DNA from: an uncultured Actinomycetes bacterium
GTDB taxonomy: Bacteria; Actinomycetota; Actinomycetes; Acidothermales; Acidothermaceae
Length of the DNA stretch: 40,000 nucleotides
NCBI GenBank assembly: GCA_963782965.1
Contig: CAWALV010000002.1
Coordinates: forward strand, 737,529 to 777,528
Direction of reading: 5' to 3'
Positions 35,867-40,000 of this stretch are shown one piece after another. Numbering within the stretch: the first letter of the stretch is position 1; every line of letters begins with the position of its first letter. A model generated the notes under the pieces. The model was not told the origin of the DNA. It saw only the letters and a program-made list of their open reading frames with translations, and made no database searches. The translations under genes and the position numbers were made by a program.

Positions 35867-36765
35867 AGAGCGCTGCGTCCGTTCGGCAACGACTCGTCGC
35901 GGCCGGGCTCGATCCCGACCAGATCGAGCGGCTGGTGCGGGCAGCACTGGCCGAAGACCTCGGCGGGGCTGACGACGTCACGACTGTTGCCGTCGTCCCG
36001 GCGGATCAGGTCTCCACCGCAGACTTCGTCGCCCGGGCATCCGGCGTGGTGGCCGGGTTGCCTGTCGCGATCGCGGTGCTCGTTGCGGTGCTGGGTGATG
36101 ACGCGCGAGTCGAGGAGCGCGTGAACGACGGGGAGCGGGTCGTGCCCGGCGCGGTTCTCATGTCGGTCACCGGGCGCAGCCGCGGGTTGCTGACGGCCGA
36201 ACGCTCGGCGCTCAACCTGCTCTGCCATCTGTCGGGTGTGGCCACGCTGACCCGCCGTTGGGTCGACGCGGTAGCCGGCACCGGTGCGCGCATTCGCGAC
36301 ACGCGCAAGACCACGCCCGGGCTGCGTGCCCTCGAGAAGTACGCCGTGCGGTGCGGCGGCGGCGAGAACCACCGGATGTCGCTCCACGACGCCGCGCTCA
36401 TCAAGGACAACCACGTACTCGCGGCCGGCGGCGTCGCGGCCGCGTTCGACGCCGTCCGCACCCGCTTTCCGGAAGTGCCTGTCGAAGTCGAGTGCGACAC
36501 GCTCGATCAGGTGAAGGAGGCGATCTCGGCCGGCGCCGATCTCGTGCTCCTCGACAACATGCCGGTCACTGCGATGCGGGCGGCCGTGCAGATCGCAGCC
36601 GGCACGCCGTGCCGGCTCGAAGCAAGCGGCGGCCTGTCGTTGGAGAACGCCCTCGCCGTTGCTCGGACGGGCGTCGACTATCTCGCGGTCGGTGCCTTGA
36701 CCCACTCCGCACCGGTGCTGGACATCGGAGTCGACATGAGGAGACCGCATGCTGTTGACGATTGA
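35863..36765 (+). CDS. nadC: nicotinate-nucleotide diphosphorylase (carboxylating) / quinolinate phosphoribosyltransferase
   Basis: AERSALNLLCHLSGVAT, DTRKTTPGLRALEKYAVRCGGGENHR, IKDNH, VEVECDTL, LLDNM, EASGG. GTGA overlap with the nadB stop. Confidence 0.93.
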   Translation: MKSAASVRQRLVAAGLDPDQIERLVRAALAEDLGGADDVTTVAVVPADQVSTADFVARASGVVAGLPVAIAVLVAVLGDDARVEERVNDGERVVPGAVLMSVTGRSRGLLTAERSALNLLCHLSGVATLTRRWVDAVAGTGARIRDTRKTTPGLRALEKYAVRCGGGENHRMSLHDAALIKDNHVLAAGGVAAAFDAVRTRFPEVPVEVECDTLDQVKEAISAGADLVLLDNMPVTAMRAAVQIAAGTPCRLEASGGLSLENALAVARTGVDYLAVGALTHSAPVLDIGVDMRRPHAVDD

Positions 36766-37522
36766 CGTCGGCAACACCCAGACCGTGCTGGGTCTCTTCG
36801 ACGGTGACACGCTCACCGAGCATTGGCGGCTGACAACCGATCCGGGACGGTCCGCCGACGAGCTCGGGTTGCTCGTGAGCGGCCTGCTCGGCGCGTCGTG
36901 GCGGGAGCCCGACGGTCGAACGAAGGTCGACGGGATCGCTTGCTGCTCGACCGTTCCGTCGGCACTGCGGGAGATGCGCAGCATGTGCGAGCGGTGGTTC
37001 GGAGGCCTGCCGCTCGTCGTCGTCGAACCCGGCGTGCGTACTGGCGTGCCGGTGCTCTACGACAACCCCAAGGAGGTGGGTGCCGACCGCATCGTCAACA
37101 CGCTGGCCGCGTACACCCTGCACGGCGGCCCGGCGATCGTGGTCGATTTCGGCACCTCCACCAACTTCGACGTCGTCTCGGCGCGAGGCGAGTTCCTCGG
37201 TGGCGTGCTGGCGCCGGGTATCGAAATCTCCGTCGACGCGCTCGCTTCGCGGGCCGCGCAGTTGATGAAGGTGCAACTCGTCCCGCCGCGAGCAGTCATC
37301 GGGAAGAACACCGTCGAGGCCCTGCAGTCGGGCATCATCTACGGCTTTGCGGCGCAGGTCGACGGCATCGTCGAACGCATCACCGAAACGCTCGGCGAGG
37401 CGACGGTCATCGCGACCGGCGGGCTGGCACCCGTCGTGTTGGAGGAGTGCCGTTCCATCGACGTCTACGAGCCGTGGCTGACCCTGATCGGGCTCCGGCT
37501 GGTCTTCGAGCGCAACGGATGA
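36749..37522 (+). CDS. coaX: type III pantothenate kinase
   Basis: MLLTIDVGNTQTVLGLF, GADRIVN, VVDFGTSTNFDVV, PGIEIS, TGGLA. It overlaps the nadC 3' end by 17 nt. Confidence 0.93.
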   Translation: MLLTIDVGNTQTVLGLFDGDTLTEHWRLTTDPGRSADELGLLVSGLLGASWREPDGRTKVDGIACCSTVPSALREMRSMCERWFGGLPLVVVEPGVRTGVPVLYDNPKEVGADRIVNTLAAYTLHGGPAIVVDFGTSTNFDVVSARGEFLGGVLAPGIEISVDALASRAAQLMKVQLVPPRAVIGKNTVEALQSGIIYGFAAQVDGIVERITETLGEATVIATGGLAPVVLEECRSIDVYEPWLTLIGLRLVFERNG

Positions 37523-37564
37523 GGGACCTTCGCCCGAGCGACTCCGGGCGGCCGCCCGGTACCC

Positions 37565-39070
37565 TTGCCGCTCGTGAGTGACACACCGGTTGAGGCCTCC
37601 GACGACCTGCCCGAGCAGATGCGCGTGCGGCGCGAGAAGCTCGAGCGGATCCGCGCCGCGGGCATCGAGCCCTACCCGGTCGCGGTGGGGCGGACGGCGA
37701 CGATCGCCGAGGTCCGCCGCGCCCATCCCGACCTCGCTCCGGACACGTTCACCGGTGAGCGGGCCGCGGTCGCCGGCCGCGTCGTGCTTTCGCGGCTCGG
37801 CGGCAAGCTGTGCTTCGCCACGGTTCGCGACGGTAGCGGTGAGCTCCAGGTGATGCTTTCGCTCGATCGGGTGGGTGAGCAGTCGCTCGCCAACTGGAAG
37901 GCGTTCGTCGACCTCGGCGACCAGGTCGCGGTCGAGGGCGAGATCATCACCTCGCGCAGCGGCGAGTTGTCGGTGCTCGCCGACTCCTGGTCGTTCGCCG
38001 CCAAAGCGCTGCGCCCGCTACCGGACAAACACAAAGGGCTCACCGACCCCGAGGCCCGGGTGCGCCAGCGTTACGTCGACCTCATCGTCAACGACGACGC
38101 CCGCGCCATGGTGACGACACGCGCTGCCGTGCTGCGATCGGTGCGCGAAACGCTCGCCCGGCACGGTTATGTCGAGGTCGAGACGCCGACACTGCAGGTG
38201 GTGCACGGGGGCGCCGCCGCTCGTCCTTTCCGCACGCACCTCAATGCCTTCGACCTGCCGATGTACCTGCGGATAGCACTCGAGCTGTACTTGAAGCGGC
38301 TCGTCGTCGGTGGCATCGAACGGGTCTATGAAATAGGCCGGATATTCCGGAACGAGGGCGTCGACTCCACCCATAGTCCTGAGTTCACCATGCTCGAGGC
38401 CTATCAGGCATACGGCGACTACGACTCGATGGCGCAGCTCACCCACGACATCGTCCTCGACGCCGCCGTGGCCGTAGGGAACACGCTGGTGCCGGCCGGC
38501 CCGGACCGGCAGATCGACTTGGCCGCTCCCTGGCGCTCGATCACGTTGCACGCCGCCGTCTCGGAGGCGGTCGGTGAAGAAGTCACGATCGACACGCCGG
38601 CGCAGCGCCTGCACGCCCTCGCCGAGCGCGAGGGTGTCGCCGTCCAGCCGTCATGGGATGCCGGCCACGTCGTCCTCGAGCTGTTCGAAAAGCTCGTCGA
38701 ACACACCTTGATCGAGCCGACCTTCGTTCGTGACTATCCGGCTTCGGTGCGGCCCCTCGCTCGCGCGCACCGCGACGACCCCCGCCTGGTCGAGGCGTGG
38801 GATCTCATCGTCAACGGGGTCGAGCTGGCGCCCGCATACTCCGAGCTGGTCGATCCGGTCGAGCAACGGAAGCGGCTCACCGAGCAGTCGCTGCTCGCTG
38901 CCGGCGGCGATCCCGAGGCGATGCAACTCGACGAGGACTTCCTTCGCGCCCTGGAGTTCGGCGCGCCGCCGATGGGCGGCCTCGGGGTGGGCATCGACCG
39001 GCTGGTGATGTTGCTGTGCGGCGTCGGTATCCGCGAGACCATCCTGTTCCCGCTCGTGCGCCCGGAGTAG
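37565..39070 (+). CDS. lysS: lysine--tRNA ligase (class II)
   Basis: OB-fold N-terminal domain. Class II motif 2 FRNEGVDSTHSPEFTMLEAY and motif 3 GGLGVGIDRLVMLL. The start is TTG 37565 or in-frame GTG 37574. Confidence 0.95.
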   Translation: MPLVSDTPVEASDDLPEQMRVRREKLERIRAAGIEPYPVAVGRTATIAEVRRAHPDLAPDTFTGERAAVAGRVVLSRLGGKLCFATVRDGSGELQVMLSLDRVGEQSLANWKAFVDLGDQVAVEGEIITSRSGELSVLADSWSFAAKALRPLPDKHKGLTDPEARVRQRYVDLIVNDDARAMVTTRAAVLRSVRETLARHGYVEVETPTLQVVHGGAAARPFRTHLNAFDLPMYLRIALELYLKRLVVGGIERVYEIGRIFRNEGVDSTHSPEFTMLEAYQAYGDYDSMAQLTHDIVLDAAVAVGNTLVPAGPDRQIDLAAPWRSITLHAAVSEAVGEEVTIDTPAQRLHALAEREGVAVQPSWDAGHVVLELFEKLVEHTLIEPTFVRDYPASVRPLARAHRDDPRLVEAWDLIVNGVELAPAYSELVDPVEQRKRLTEQSLLAAGGDPEAMQLDEDFLRALEFGAPPMGGLGVGIDRLVMLLCGVGIRETILFPLVRPE

Positions 39071-39077
39071 GAGCGCT

Positions 39078-39641
39078 GTGACCGGCGTCGGAGAAGACGG
39101 GGCCAACGACATCGAAGGGCCGAAGGTCGTGGTACGGCGTGCGCGCACCTCCGACGTCCGGGCGATCCGCCGGTTCATCGACCTTTACGCGCCGGGTCGG
39201 GTGTTGCTCAGCAAGCCGACCGTGACCCTGTACGAAGACGTGCAGGAGTTCTGGGTTGCGGAGAAGTCCGACGCCGGCTCACTCAGCATCGTCGGCTGCG
39301 GCGCTTTGCACGTCATGTGGGAAGACCTCGCCGAGGTCCGTACCCTCGCGGTCGATCCGGCCGAGCGCGGCCACGGCATCGGCCGTCTCATCCTGGAGCA
39401 GCTGCTGCGTGCTGCTCGCAGTCTCGGGGTCCGCCGGGTCTTTTGCCTGACGTTCGAGGTGGATTTCTTCGCCGCGCACGGCTTCGCCGAGATTGACGGC
39501 TCGCCGGTCGCGCCGGACGTCTTCGACGAACTTCTGCGCTCCTATGACGAGGGCGTGGCGGAGTTTTTGGATCTCGAGCGTGTGAAACCGAACACACTAG
39601 GGAACACGCGGATGCTGCTTCATCTCGATCCGCCCGCGTAG
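39078..39641 (+). CDS. GNAT family N-acetyltransferase (short amino-acid N-acetyltransferase / NAGS-like)
   Basis: Acetyl-CoA binding motif LAVDPAERGHGIGRLILEQLL, preceded by VRRARTSDVRAIRRFI. GTG start with AGGAG 4 nt upstream. Confidence 0.75.
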   Translation: MTGVGEDGANDIEGPKVVVRRARTSDVRAIRRFIDLYAPGRVLLSKPTVTLYEDVQEFWVAEKSDAGSLSIVGCGALHVMWEDLAEVRTLAVDPAERGHGIGRLILEQLLRAARSLGVRRVFCLTFEVDFFAAHGFAEIDGSPVAPDVFDELLRSYDEGVAEFLDLERVKPNTLGNTRMLLHLDPPA

Positions 39642-39751
39642 CTCACATCCGCCCGCGTAAGTCCTACGTCGCTTCGCACGGTGCGCGTGTTTTCGGACTG
39701 CGACATAGGGTCGGAGGCGGTTGATCCGAAACGGACCGGGAGCCGGGGAGT

Positions 39752-39781
39752 TTGCTCAACGGATGTTGTGTCTCCTATTTG
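39752..39781 (+). promoter_or_regulatory. candidate sigma-A type promoter for lsr2 (TTGCTC-N18-TATTTG)
   Basis: The hexamers were read from the sequence in the least GC-rich part of the 220-bp spacer upstream of lsr2. Spacing is 18 nt. There is no experimental support. Confidence 0.25.
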
Positions 39782-39861
39782 CACCCGCCCCGGTTATCAG
39801 GTAAGACTTTCCCATCCCGGGGAATAGCGGCGAGCTTGCAGCACATGGAAAGGAAAGCCAC

Positions 39862-40000
39862 GTGGCGCGTCAAGAAGTGGTAACCCTGATCGACGACATC
39901 GACGGTAGCGCGGCTGACGAGACCGTACGGTTCTCGCTCAACAACGAGACGTACGAGATCGACCTGAGCAAGAGCAACGCGAAGAAGCTGCGGGATGCGC
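39862..40000 (+). CDS. lsr2: nucleoid-associated protein Lsr2, N-terminal part (3' end outside the window)
   Basis: GTG at 39862 is preceded by GGAAAGGAAAG. The translation VARQEVVTLIDDIDGSAADETVRFSLNNETYEIDLSKSNAKKLRDA matches my recollection of the Lsr2 dimerisation domain (..VTLVDDFDG..ADETV.F.L.G..YEIDLS..NA.KLR). It is not in the ORF track because it is truncated. Confidence 0.85.
   Translation, partial: MARQEVVTLIDDIDGSAADETVRFSLNNETYEIDLSKSNAKKLRDA

Noticed and set aside
35353-36984. 543-aa minus-strand ORF antisense to nadB, nadC and coaX; similarly 21214-22584 antisense to ftsH and 33207-34427 antisense to panC/panD
   Set aside because: Same reasoning: low-complexity translations opposite strongly supported conserved genes.
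1-40000. Search by eye for tRNA, rRNA, tmRNA, transposase/IS ends, integrase or known defence genes
   Set aside because: None were recognised. The only mobile-type gene is the DUF222/HNH endonuclease. A covariance-model scan (tRNAscan-SE/Infernal) would be needed to exclude small RNAs.

Overview
This is a high-GC (roughly 70%) actinobacterial chromosomal segment, densely coding, with many 4-nt start/stop overlaps. I found no rRNA, tRNA, CRISPR array or transposase.

Layout:
- Left third (1-16.6 kb), accessory-looking housekeeping genes: hutI 3' end, an orphan STAS protein, DedA, an MFS transporter plus ABC-2 exporter, a quinone oxidoreductase, a PAP2-like membrane protein, an M15 lipoprotein peptidase, and an IdeR/DtxR-type regulator. 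This is followed by a translationally coupled ABC-2 exporter plus HisKA_3 kinase/NarL regulator module, a 175-aa unknown protein, a PIN-PhoH (PhoH2) ATPase, a RipA-like NlpC/P60 hydrolase and ppa.
- Right two thirds (16.6-40 kb): the conserved actinobacterial block known from M. tuberculosis Rv3628 to Rv3597c, namely ppa, dacB, Zn-protease, tilS, hpt, ftsH, folE, folP, folB, folK, DUF3180, PH-domain proteins, DUF2520, panC, panD, coaX, lysS and lsr2.
- Relative to that order (recalled from memory, not searched), the window has extra genes: an MprF-like aminoacyl-phosphatidylglycerol synthase between folE and folP; a DUF1801 gene plus a DUF222/HNH (REP13E12-like) endonuclease gene between DUF3180 and the PH-domain genes; nadB-nadC between panD and coaX; and a small GNAT between lysS and lsr2.

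I see no clear novel multi-gene system such as a defence island. The signals most worth a second look are:
- an identical 18-bp palindromic repeat bracketing the DUF1801/HNH segment;
- the MprF-like gene embedded in the folate operon;
- a 10/12-bp minisatellite that places TGA in all three frames after the YdbT-like gene;
- a roughly 285-nt structured leader with a uORF upstream of the NlpC/P60 gene (possible riboswitch, class unconfirmed);
- a repeat-rich ftsH leader with an SD-hairpin-ATG arrangement.

Functional calls rest on my reading of the translated ORFs, conserved motifs and remembered family knowledge. No database search was run.
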